A DNA stretch of 64,000 nucleotides from Vulcanimicrobiota bacterium. GTDB lineage: Bacteria; Vulcanimicrobiota; Vulcanimicrobiia; Vulcanimicrobiales; Vulcanimicrobiaceae. The notes under the pieces are model-generated. The model made no database searches. It saw only the letters and a program-made list of their open reading frames with translations, and had not been told where the DNA came from. How positions within the stretch are numbered: the stretch's first letter is position 1; every line of letters starts with the position of its first letter. The stretch covers positions 3,328,001 to 3,392,000 of the forward strand of contig OY970223.1 of assembly GCA_963714015.1 (NCBI GenBank), given 5' to 3'. Below, one piece after another: positions 10,912 to 23,109 of the stretch. Made by a program: the position numbers and the translations under genes.

Positions 10912-11222
10912 AAAATGACCTCCGCAGCGACTAGAGAGTCGAAGCGTTCGTTGAGCCGCCATAAGCGCCTGTGTTTGGAATGGTTCAAAAGGCTCACTCG
11001 CGCGTGGGCTCTTCGCGCGAAAGGGCCTGCGCCGCCCGCCTAGCGCGCTTTTCATCGGGGGTGAGGTCCAGTGCGCGGCGTCGGTTACTTTCGGCTATCT
11101 TAGCGCCGCGTATCTTTGCCGCCTCTCCCGCATGGCCAGGGCTAAAACCGCGGTTAAGCCTTGTTTGTGCTATTGAAATCGATAACCAGAATGGATAATG
11201 CTGGGCGGAAGCGGCTATCCGG

Positions 11223-11901
11223 GTGGTTGTCGAAATCAGCAACTCCGGATTCGTAGCGAGTATCACGCCGGAAACTGATTCGTCGAATCCATGGATCACG
11301 CAATATCCCTCAGGCGCATCAACTACGTCAGGACACGCCATCGCGCTCGACCAACAACTTTGGAGAATTTCAACTCCTAAAATTGCGAATCCGGATGGCG
11401 TGCAAATCATCAACAAGGCGAGCGGCTTCGCAATAGACTTGCCGATCGGAGGCACCGAAGCAAGTCGGGCTGAAGCGATGCACGCGGGCAGGAAGATACA
11501 GGAATATTCGATTAACAATGCCGCCAATCAGCAATGGGCATTTGAGGCCTACCTCGGGAAATGGTTTACCCCAAGTCGCAATCACCGGCATTAACGAAGG
11601 GACGTACAGTACTTTGTCGATAAACGGGAGCGGCTTCAGCGACTATGTAGGACAAGAAGTCTACTACTGGTTGGATAGTACGCTACCGAGCATTGTAGAC
11701 TACGGGTTCCCTGAGCGCGCAGGGATTCGAGTGAGCAGTGCTGGCGATTTTACGACGTCATGGACGCAACCGTTCTCGGCGACGTTGTCGCAGCAAGATG
11801 CCCAAAGTAATTGGGTTGTATTACATGTGGAAGACTCCGCTAGGGGACTACTGGCACTTGGCTCCATACAGATATCCTATTGGGTCGGAACACCGAAATG
11901 A
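11223..11901 (+). pseudogene. RICIN-type beta-trefoil lectin domain protein fragment, frameshifted
   Basis: QxW repeats (QQLW, NQQWAF) and IINKASGFAIDL; continues in ORF 11518..11901. Confidence 0.55.
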
Positions 11902-12001
11902 ATTCAAAGATGGTTTAAACCATCGACGTGTCGCGGGGGTCAGCCGCGGATGTTGTTGACGCCGGGCGAAAATTGACCCACTTTCCTAGCGGATCGCCGG
12001 T

Positions 12002-13814
<1,813 letters not shown>

Positions 13815-13919
13815 CGCGAACTAGTGTTCGCGCAGAGTCAGGTGGGTCAATTTTCATCCGGCGGGGTGGATCAATTTTACTCCGGCGCTAACAGTAATGG
13901 ATATAACGTCTCTGAAGGC

Positions 13920-14560
13920 GGGTCTACCCCCAAGTTCTTACTCCGCGGATAACTGGAAAATGGCGGCGAACTCCGACCCGTAAGGAGGGCCGCCCATGCG
14001 CAAATCGCGCTACTCCGATGAACAGATCGCCGCGGCATTGCGGCAAGCCGAAATCCGTACGCCGGTCGCTGAGATCACCCGCAAACTCGGGATCAGCGAA
14101 GCCACGTTTTACACCCGGAAGAAACGCTTCGGGAGCCTTGGCACCCCCGAGATCCACGAACTGCGCCAGCTGCGCAATGAGAACGCCAAGCTGAAGCAGG
14201 TCGTCGCGGACTTGTCACTCGATCGCGCCGTCTTGCAGGATGTGCTCAAAAACAAGTGGTGAGCCGGGTGCGGCGCAAAACGGTGCTCCCGGAGATTCGC
14301 CAGGCTTGGCGCTTGAGCGAACGGCGCGCGTGCGCGATTCTCTCCGTAACCGGAGAGCCGTCCGCTATCATTCCGTGCGCAGCAGTGAAGATGCGGCTTT
14401 GCGCATGCGCATCAAAAACCTCGCAGCCGCTCGGGTTCGGTTCGGGCAACGGCGTATCTACGTGTTACCGCGCCGCGAAGGCTGGGTCGTAAACATTAAA
14501 CGCGTTGCTCGCATCTATCGCGCCGAAGGCCTAGCCATACGAACCAAAACGCCACGCCCG
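13920..14560 (+). mobile_element. IS3-family element, truncated (left end, orfA 13996..14262, decayed 5' orfB)
   Basis: MRKSRYSDEQI...ENAKLKQVVADLSLD; downstream RFGQRRI...GWVVNIKRVARIYR. Confidence 0.85.
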
Positions 14561-14742
14561 GCTACTGATGATGGGTCGCTGGCGTAAACCAGCCCAAGTC
14601 TTCGGCTTGATCCTTGGCATCGCGATGCTTTTGGTCATCACGCTGTTCATCGTCTTCCTGGTCGGCGCCACGACTTTCTGCAATCCGTGCCTGTGAGTGA
14701 TCGTGGCGGGGCCGGGGCGAGTGGCGTAAGGCACTGCGCGCG

Positions 14743-14811
14743 TTACGTTGCTTCGGTCGTCATCTTCGAGACCAGCACGCGGCGAACGCTTTGCGCGTGC
14801 CACGCCTTGCC
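14743..14811 (-). pseudogene. C-terminal remnant of a serine recombinase, cut by the adjacent IS3
   Basis: Hand translation GKAWHAQSVRRVLVSKMTTEAT*; matches the G..W....V..IL end of recombinase domains. Only 22 aa. Confidence 0.45.
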
Positions 14812-15586
14812 TGGTGGGCTCCCCAAAAACTAGGCCAGCGGGACCACAAAACCGAGTCGGCTAATCGGCTCGCCGAAGGAGGTCCCCATGGCACGCAAAC
14901 GCCACTCGCCCGAATCGATCGCCGCCGTCTTACGTAAGGCCGAATCCGGCATTCCGATAGCGCAGCTCGCGCGCCAAGCCGGCGTGCACGAGAACACGAT
15001 TCACTTTTGGAAGAAAAAATACGGTCAGTTCGGCACGAGCGAGATTCGCGAGATGAACGAACTGCGCGATGAAAATACGCGGCTCAAACGCCTGGTCGCC
15101 GATCTCTCGCTCGACAAGGCGATGTTGCAGGACGTGCTCTAAAAAAAACTCTGAGGCCGGCCAAGCAGCGCGAGCTCGCCGGCGAAGTGCAAGAACAGTT
15201 TGGCGTGAGCCAGCGGCGCGTAAGCGCGGCGCTACGATTCAATCGCGCATCACTGCAGTACAAACCCAAGCGCAATGCGTTGAACCAGGTGCTGCGCGGA
15301 CGAATCAAAGCGATTGCCGCCGCGCGCGTGCGGTACGGCTATCGGCGCATCCATGTGCTCTTGCAACGCGAAGGTTGGAAGGTCAACGCCAAGCGCGTCG
15401 CACGCCTCTACACGTTGGAAGGCCTGAATTTACGGGCCAAAGGACCGAAACGCCGGCGGCGGTCGGCGGCGCAGCGCATTCGTCTTTCGCCAGCGGGACC
15501 CAATCAAGTATGGAGCATGGATTTTATGCACGACACGCTCAAGGGCGAGCAACGACGAAAGTTTCGCTTGTCAACATCGTCGATGC
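14812..15586 (+). mobile_element. IS3-family element, truncated (left end, orfA 14888..15142, 5' orfB)
   Basis: Begins TGGTGGGCTCCCCAAAAACTAGGCCA; orfA HTH; A-run at orfA/orfB junction; orfB breaks off after WSMDF...NIVD. Confidence 0.9.
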
Positions 15587-16126
15587 GAGGACGTCTCTTC
15601 TCGGGAAAGATTGTTGGTCCAACGCCTTGTCGACCAACAGAAGCACAGTTGGAAGAACGGTCGGACGGAATAGCAAACATCACGAAAGTCTGCTGGCGTC
15701 GCTACCGTCAAGCGCAATGGAACAAGATCGACGTTTCTCACCGGAATCCTTGCGAACATCAAGAGCGACGTTTGGAAACGGCGTCGGCACTGGTGCTTCT
15801 TGTTACGTTTGGCCGCGACACACTCTGCCCATGGTCGCGAGCAACCCAGGCAGACCATCTGCATCGCTCGATGGGGCACGAGTTGCCGTGGTTCGATCGT
15901 GCCGTTGAACGCTCGGACACATGAAGCCGTAACCATTGCGCGGATGATCTTCGGTCGAGGGACGGTGGATTGTATGCTGCGCTTTGCATATTTTCTAGCT
16001 TACCGGCTTTACTTACCTAGTCCGGTTTTGCCTCCTATAGTTAGTTACGGAGATTCTTAGAAGCCTCTGCCTTACCCTGAGCCCACATATTCACGGAAAT
16101 GATAGTCGACCTGAGCCGGATGTCGA

Positions 16127-16714
16127 CTATCCGAGCCTACCGCTTCCGTCATTAAGGCTCCTGCGAGCATTATTGAGCAAAGATAAGGCATATTCATTGA
16201 GTTCCGATTCGTGCGGAGCGAGCACCCTTACGATGTTAACATCATCGTTCCCCTGGGCGTAGACCGTGGCTACGCGTGACGCTACTATCCAAGCCGGCTC
16301 GTCCTCAAGAAGCTTTGGCGCATTTACCTCCATACGCGCAACTTGGTTTAAGAACATAGAATTAGGGTCCAGCGCTGCTTCGCGAAACGAGCGTAGCTGT
16401 TCGCTCATTTCCGATACAGTTTCCCGTAGTTCGTCGTCATTGCAGGCAGTCGGCACCCAAAATAGATCTGGTCCGGGATTTCCAACATTCGACTTTAATT
16501 CGCCGCGAAAACGGCGCATGGATTGCAAATCCACAAGATCAAACCCCGCTTTTTTTACTCCCACAAATAGCTCACGCGTTTGCTCATCCATAATTATGGA
16601 GATCGATATGTTGCCTTTGGTGTATCGAGCACGGCTGCTTGAAAGTGTTTCAAAAGCATAGCCATCGTCGACAAGCCAGGAGTATACGCGTCGAACGGTA
16701 TCGATAAAGTTCAC
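16127..16714 (-). CDS. Hypothetical protein, possible immunity protein
   Basis: AT-richer 195-aa ORF that starts 1 nt after a toxin-like fragment. Confidence 0.45.
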   Translation of the reverse strand: MNFIDTVRRVYSWLVDDGYAFETLSSSRARYTKGNISISIIMDEQTRELFVGVKKAGFDLVDLQSMRRFRGELKSNVGNPGPDLFWVPTACNDDELRETVSEMSEQLRSFREAALDPNSMFLNQVARMEVNAPKLLEDEPAWIVASRVATVYAQGNDDVNIVRVLAPHESELNEYALSLLNNARRSLNDGSGRLG

Positions 16715-16715
16715 T

Positions 16716-16979
16716 CTACCTCCGCAGCATAGGCCTCACCCATTCCCCGGTAACGCAATCCAAACGGTAGCCTAAATCGTACAAGTTGCTTCTTTCCAAT
16801 TCGAAGAACGAGCCTTGAATAGGGAAACCCTCCCCGTCGACGTCCAATCTCCCGGTCCTTAGGTAGGTTGCATCGAAGATGCGCGTCCCCTTTTGGGCCG
16901 CTTCGGTGATTACCGCTTGGTTTTGCGCCCTATTTAATGCTCTGCTGCCGCGGTCAGGTCGCTTGTCCAAGAACGTCAA
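16716..16979 (-). pseudogene. Possible polymorphic (RHS-type) toxin C-terminal fragment
   Basis: N..VI..A...G....GSFFELE...L..LGY pattern; no convincing start; lies just beyond an IS3 truncation. Confidence 0.35.
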
Positions 16980-17136
16980 ATCGCGGTCTATGCGCTCAAG
17001 TGGAGCTGATCCGGTTTGGTGGATACTTTCGGCTTAGCCGAGAAGGGTCCATCCAATGCGAAAACATCCCCGATCCTACCCACCGGAGTTTCGGCGTAAG
17101 GTCGTCGAGCTGGCTCGGACCGGCCGACGCCTGGAC

Positions 17137-17640
17137 GATCTTTAATGCGTGCGCGCAGCAGAGCGTTGAGCGGGCCCGCTTTGGACTTGCAGTAATACGT
17201 TGCGCGATTGAAGCGAACGACCGCACACGCGCGGCGCACGCCAACGCCGAAGGTGCGCATCAGGAAGCCGACGCGTTCGCGCTGCACGGCCGGCCTCACA
17301 GTTTTTTTGCAATGATCTCCTGGAGCGTTTTCCGGTCCAGGCTCAAATCCGCGACAATGCTTTTCATCTTGGCGTTCTCTTCGCGCAATTGGCGCAGTTC
17401 GCGGATCTCCGGTGTCCCCAGGCCGCCGAAGCGGCGCTTCCAAGTATAAAACGCGTTCTCATGGATGCCGAGTTTGCGGATGATCTCGGCGACAGGCGTG
17501 CCGGCCTCAGCCTGCCGCAGGGCCGCCGCAATCTGCTCGGGGGAGTGGCGTTTTCGCACGGGCAAAACCTCCGACGTTGGGAAGGGTGTTTTGCCGATTT
17601 TTCGCGGGTCCCGCCGGTCCGGGTACTAGTCAGGGTAACA
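17137..17640 (-). mobile_element. IS3-family element, truncated (left end at 17640, orfA 17296..17565, 5' orfB)
   Basis: End TGTTACCCTGACTAGTACCCGG; orfA RKRHSPEQI...; slippery A AAA AAA at the orfA end. Confidence 0.85.
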
Positions 17641-18250
17641 TCAAATCGTCATTTTGCCGACTAGGGTCAAAGGCGTTCGGCGTTTTGTTGGCTAGCGATC
17701 GATGCGGGCGAAATCGACCACGATTTGCGGCACACGATAGCGCGCGACGGGGTTGCAATTTATGTTGGTGACGTCTCGGTAAGGCACAAGGCATCTGACT
17801 GCCGCTGCTGCTTTCATTAGGATTCTTCGCAGCCGAACCTGTGCCGCGCTTGCCCGGTCGCCTGGACGCGCATTACCACCGCCGAGTTGGTGTGGCATAG
17901 GCTCTATCGGGTTAGTGCTGCTGCCGGTCGATTTTCTATATTGAATCTTCGCATTGCGGGTGGAGCGAACAGAGTCAATCGAGGGTCTTCGCGGCGCCGA
18001 ATACGGCGGGAATTATGAGCAGCGTGGCGTCGCGCCCCGGCATGCGTTCGACGTTCAGTTTCCAGAATCTGCTCTGGATCGTTTTTCGAACTGCGCGCGT
18101 CGAGCGTTCAAGCGTGGGAACAAACGAATGAGCCCTTTGGCCTGCCTGAAGTTATAGGACACCCGAAAGAACCGTAAGCAAAACGACGCCAGCAAGGCGC
18201 TGCAAAAAATGCGGCGAACGGGCCCCTTCTAGAACTATCTCTCGGGGGGT

Positions 18251-19546
18251 GTGCCTATCATGAAGGGATTGTTTTTCGCGTTTGGCGTCGTCGCTCTGGC
18301 GGCTTCCACTGCAGCACCTTGTAGTTCCGTTTTGGCCGCCGCGCGTCACGCGGGCGGTTCGGGGAGTTCGTCACCGAGTTCGTCACCGAGCCCGACGCCA
18401 ACACCTACGCCGCTTAAGGTTCCCGGCGCTGGGTTCATCACGGTACCGAAGAATGACTTGTATGAAGAGTCTGCAGACAAAGTTGATTACGCAAAGGTGC
18501 TGCTGATAACGATTGAAGGCAACGACCCTGGAGCGCTCAGCATCGATCCACAAGTAGCGTATGCCTACAATTCTTTTCGGCGAATTTATGGAATGCATGG
18601 TATCCTCGCGCTTCCTATAGCCTTTCCCGCCACGGATGCCCAGGTCCAAGACTTTTGTGGCGGCCCCCTCGGGAAGAGCCCGATGCTGGTGTTGGACATG
18701 GCAAAGGATGCAAAAAGTAATACCTACTTAGACGCGATCTATACCGGCGTCCAGTTCGACGGCGTAGTCGAACAATGCGTCGAAACTCATGGGAATTCGG
18801 ACAATGGCATTTCGCCATCGCCATCGCCTTCGCCGTCCACGACCCCCACCGCCGAACCCAGGATAGCCCCCAAGCTGGGTACTGCAACCCCCAAACCGAA
18901 TCACGGCTCGAAACCAGCGAAAGCCAACAAACGCGGCAGCAAGGGCGCCGGTAAAGGCGTGAAGGGCAAAGGCAACAGCGCCAATGGTCGCGGTACTCCT
19001 GGAAACGGCGGCGCCGCGACCGGCGGAACGGGGAGCGGCGAGAGCAGATTGTCCGGTGACAATTCTAAGAACGATCAGTATGTACTCGCGCCCGTCAGCG
19101 AAGAGTACAGCGGAACGTATCGTCGGGCGTACTATCGCAACTTCATAGCGGGCGTGCAGGCGTCGGCCGCATATTCGTCATCGCCGTGGGTGACGAAGTA
19201 CAAGTCTTGGCTGCTGTTTCCGCTCGCACTGCTCGGCAGTTTCGCGCACGAGACGGAGGACTACAACGGCACCGTTTACTGCGCAGCGGTCGACCTTGTA
19301 AATAAGCACTTAGTACATCTCCTGAATGAGGGCAAGATTTCCTCGATGGGACCGCCGTGGACGGAAGTGCCGCGACAGCAGGCAACTGTTCCCGCCGCGG
19401 GAGCGTCGCCGCTGCCTGCACAGCCGCCGCCCACGTTGCCGCCACTCTCGCCAACCATCCCCCCATCGCCGACGCCCACACCAAGAAATTTGACGCCGAA
19501 TTGCGGTGGTCCAGGCGCTTTTGGCGCAGCACCTATGAACATTTAA
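18251..19546 (+). CDS. Secreted Pro/Ser/Gly/Lys-rich hypothetical protein
   Basis: Signal peptide; SP/TP linkers; 431-aa open frame. Confidence 0.6.
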   Translation: MPIMKGLFFAFGVVALAASTAAPCSSVLAAARHAGGSGSSSPSSSPSPTPTPTPLKVPGAGFITVPKNDLYEESADKVDYAKVLLITIEGNDPGALSIDPQVAYAYNSFRRIYGMHGILALPIAFPATDAQVQDFCGGPLGKSPMLVLDMAKDAKSNTYLDAIYTGVQFDGVVEQCVETHGNSDNGISPSPSPSPSTTPTAEPRIAPKLGTATPKPNHGSKPAKANKRGSKGAGKGVKGKGNSANGRGTPGNGGAATGGTGSGESRLSGDNSKNDQYVLAPVSEEYSGTYRRAYYRNFIAGVQASAAYSSSPWVTKYKSWLLFPLALLGSFAHETEDYNGTVYCAAVDLVNKHLVHLLNEGKISSMGPPWTEVPRQQATVPAAGASPLPAQPPPTLPPLSPTIPPSPTPTPRNLTPNCGGPGAFGAAPMNI

Positions 19547-19571
19547 ATCGTTTTTGAGCTGGAGAAGCGCC

Positions 19572-20823
19572 ATGTCGCTAAGAGGCGGAAAGAAATACGA
19601 TATCTTCGTCAGCTCGACGTTCGAGGATTTGAAGGACGAGCGGCGTACGCTGCAGGCGCACATCCTCAAGCAAGGCCATTCGCCCGTCGGGATGGAGTTA
19701 TTCAGCGCTGGAAACGACGACCAGTGGGCGATCATCAAGAACGTCATTGACGCTTGCGACTATTATATTGTCATCATCGCAGGCCGCTACGGGTCGCGAA
19801 CGCGAACCGGTATAAGTTACACGGAGCGTGAATTTCGATACGCGCGGAAGTCTGCGCAAGAAGATCATGGCATTCGTGCTTTCCGACGACGGCTACCGCT
19901 CATGGCCGACCGAAAAGAAGGAGACCGATGAGCAAGCCAAGGCGAGCCTCGCGGATTTCAAGAATCTGGTAAGAAGCCGCTACGTTTACCAGTGGAAAGA
20001 CTCAGCTGATCTCAAGGATTTGATTCAGAACAATTTCCTAAAATGGATCGAAACGAATCCGATGCCTGGATGGATTCGGGCTGAGATCGACAGCCGTAGA
20101 GATGGTTACGCATATCAGTATGTCCTAAACAAGATGAAGTCCGACGAACCGCACTTCAGCCTTCCAGAAGATGCCGACGAACTGTTTGCCCGAGGAACAG
20201 CCCTTGACAGCGCCCGGGGAGTTGTCGGAAGCATTAACGCGCTCATCAATTACTACGCACGCTCGCGCCTCGATCGAGGCGTGAGGATGTACTTTGCCTA
20301 CCAGCTTTCGAAGCCGCTTTACCTTCCCGAAACCCCCGAATCCCCGGCTTTCACGGCGCGGTATCGGATCGGCATCGCAAATACACTGGAGAAGCCTTGG
20401 GGAAGGGGGTTGTACGTTGGCGAACGCTCGAACATCCATCGCGTCTACGATGGAGGCGGGGATCACTATATCCCCGACACGCACGTTGCGACGCCGGCTG
20501 GCGAAAATCAGGAGGTTGCAAAGGAAGGTAGCGTGTACGCCGTTGCCGTCTCCTATGGCAGAAAATCAATAGGCGTTATCGGGTTGAGCTCTTCTAGAAT
20601 TGGCGGCATTTCGAACGATCAGATCGCCCTCGGACAACAACTCTCAATACTCTTCGGCGCGTTGGCCTACGCGTTTGCGATACGGATCAGAGCCAGAGTC
20701 TCAGAGCAGGAGACGGTGCACCAAATACGGACACAGATCGCAGATCACTTTGCCGAGGATCTGGGGGACAAGGTTGCAATCCCGTTCGAGCAGGCCGCAG
20801 CCTTGGAGATGAAACGGGTTTAG
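19572..20823 (+). CDS. DUF4062 domain + C-terminal GAF-like domain protein; frameshift near 19850
   Basis: IFVSSTFEDLKDER...GMELF...IDACDYYIVIIAGRYGS...SYTERE (DUF4062); C-terminal SVYAVAV...IGVIGLSS....ISNDQI (GAF-like). Confidence 0.7.
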
Positions 20824-20843
20824 GCTCGTTGTGAGGTGATGAA

Positions 20844-21783
20844 ATGACTAGCCAAAACCCGGTTCTTTCCGACCCTGTGGCGGGCGGAGACGCCCCCCCC
20901 GCATGGGAGGTGGGTGCGATCGGGATTACATTGGCAGTAGCGTTTGCGCTATTCTTATATTTGCTGCTCTGCCTATGGCCGACAAAGACCCCCGTGTCGA
21001 CGACGGTTAAACCGGTTTCAGCGAGCGCAACGGTTCGGCTAACTGCGGTTCCAACGCCGGAGCCTGTGACCGCGCCTCCCGGATCAAACGCCGGCGATTG
21101 GTATCCATTCGTCAGCATATTTGGAAGTGCGCCCATTCCGCTCGATAGCGATAAGCGATTCTTATTAGTTGTCGTCCTTTCGGCTGCGCTCGGGAGTTTC
21201 GTGCAGATCGCTACGTCGTTCACCACGTTTGTCGGGAACAAGAAATTTATTCGAAGTTGGATTTGGTGGTATCTCCTCCGTATCCCGATCGGCATGGCGC
21301 TGGCACTACTATTCTTCTTCGCAGTGCGCGGCGGGCTGTTCACGAGCGTTTCGGCCGCCGATCTGAGTCCATACGGTACGGCTGCGGTCGGCGGATTAGT
21401 TGGGATGTTTTCGAAGCAAGCGTCCGACAAACTTCAAGACGTCTTCGAAGAGCGTATTCAAAAGCAGCCAGGATCAAAGTCGAGCGGACAAGTTGACCGG
21501 CCCGGTCGTCAGTGCGACAAATCCAGCTCGCCTGACGCCGAGCGCAAATCAAATGACCGTATTGGGAAGTGGCTTCGTCGCAGGCTCGTCCGTTTCGGTT
21601 AACGGAGCCGCCCAGAAGGCGGCGTTCGTCGATTCGAACACGCTGGCCGTAACGCTCGACCCCGCAGCCCTGAAGGGCGCCAGCTTCGTCAACGTCATCG
21701 TAGCGAATCCTGGTCCGTCCGGTGGAACGTCGTCGCCTGTATATCCGGTGGCAATCGATCAAGGCGCGTCTCCTGGGATCTAA
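20844..21783 (+). CDS. Multi-pass membrane protein with C-terminal IPT/TIG domain; frameshift near 21450
   Basis: About 4 hydrophobic segments; second frame gives TVLGSGFVAGSSVSVNG...FVDSNTL...VIVANP. Confidence 0.65.
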
Positions 21784-22035
21784 TTCGCTAAGGCCGATTG
21801 CATGGCCCAGCCGGGGAGAGAGCGGTGCCAATGTTCAGATCCGCAACAGTGCTCATGGTCGCGACTTCGCGCGTGGGACGCTGCCATCGACCGATAGTAC
21901 TCAAGGTCCGTTGCGGGCAAAGATTTCCGTCGTAATAATTGCCGTCGCATAAACCATGATGGCATAAGATAATCCTCGGGACGGCGATCGGCCCTAGCGA
22001 AGCGGGAGCCCTTCTGGGCCGAATTCTTGCATAAC

Positions 22036-22589
22036 TTAAGCCGCTGGCGCTCGCGGGGTTAAACCCGTCATCTCCAACACGCACATTGGCTTGAAAGCAG
22101 CGATGGTGAGCGTCTTCAAGGCCACATGGCAACGCTGCCTGGTGCACTTCATGCGCAAATGCGTTGGCGTACGCCGGCAAAGGCCAGCGGCAGATGGTGC
22201 TCGCGCTGATCGATCCGTCTTCCCGCAAGAAACGGTGGAGGCGGCAAGCGCGCATGGCGCTGCGTTGTTGCGGATCAGTTGCGCGTGAAATTTCCCGAAA
22301 TCGCCCCCATGCTCAATGATGCAGAATCGGAAGTTTTGGCCTACATGCAATTCCCGAAAGCACATCGCGTTCAGATAGCCTCAACCAAAACCCCCAAGTG
22401 GCTGACCGCCGAAATAAAACGCCGCACGAACATTGTTTGGATCTTCCAAACGACGCGTCGATCGACCGCCTTGGTGGCGCGCTGCGTCTTGAGCAGAACG
22501 ATTAATGGCAGCTCCATAGGCGCTAAATGCAGCTCGAAGGACATCAGACTGCAGCCACAACACCTTACATCGCATCTTAGCTCTTGACC
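22036..22589 (+). mobile_element. IS256-family transposase remnant (3' part and right end)
   Basis: ATWQRCLVHFMR, LAYMQFPKAH...IAST...EIKRRT; multiple frameshifts. Confidence 0.8.
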
Positions 22590-23039
22590 GGAACCGCGCT
22601 GATGGCCACGTTCGTATACCACACACTGGGGTACAATCCAACGAACCGAGCGCTGAACGGCGACATCGCCCCATTGCGCCAATTTTCGATGTACGAGGAA
22701 ATATCTGTACGCTGCTTTCTCCTGTCTTTTCTAAATGTGTCCGTCGAAAAGTTCGACGTCTCAGACGCACAATTCGCATTTCCACATAGACAAGGCGGCG
22801 ACGCGGGTGGTAGGGGCGCTACTCATGGATCGATACGAGCTTGGCTGGATTCTCGGTATCTCGACACGGTTGGTTACCATGAATGGCGCGAGCGAGCGAA
22901 TCGTAAGGCGGTCGCCTTCACGAGGACCGCAAAGAAGACGGCGCAGCCAACTATGGGGCCGAAGTCGAATTTACAGCAGTGGGGCTTGACTCGATAATCC
23001 AGCACCCGCACCCTTCATCATTATTATACCGTATCGACC

Positions 23040-23058
23040 GGGGCTTGCCGCAAGCCCC
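23040..23058. promoter_or_regulatory. 19-bp palindrome GGGGCTTGCCGCAAGCCCC resembling the rifamycin-associated element (RAE); overlaps putative -35 TTGCCG, with -10-like TATGAT at 23070
   Basis: Perfect 9-1-9 inverted repeat about 55 bp upstream of a Rox-like gene. Confidence 0.75.
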
Positions 23059-23109
23059 CTGTCGCGCGTTATGATTGCCGGCCGGAGCACTGAAACCGAC
23101 CGATAGGAG

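Noticed and set aside
17641..18250. Genes between IS3 and the secreted protein
   Set aside because: Only short ORFs with no recognisable motif.
22584..22997. Regulator upstream of the monooxygenase
   Set aside because: No recognisable domain; looks like a fragmented remnant.
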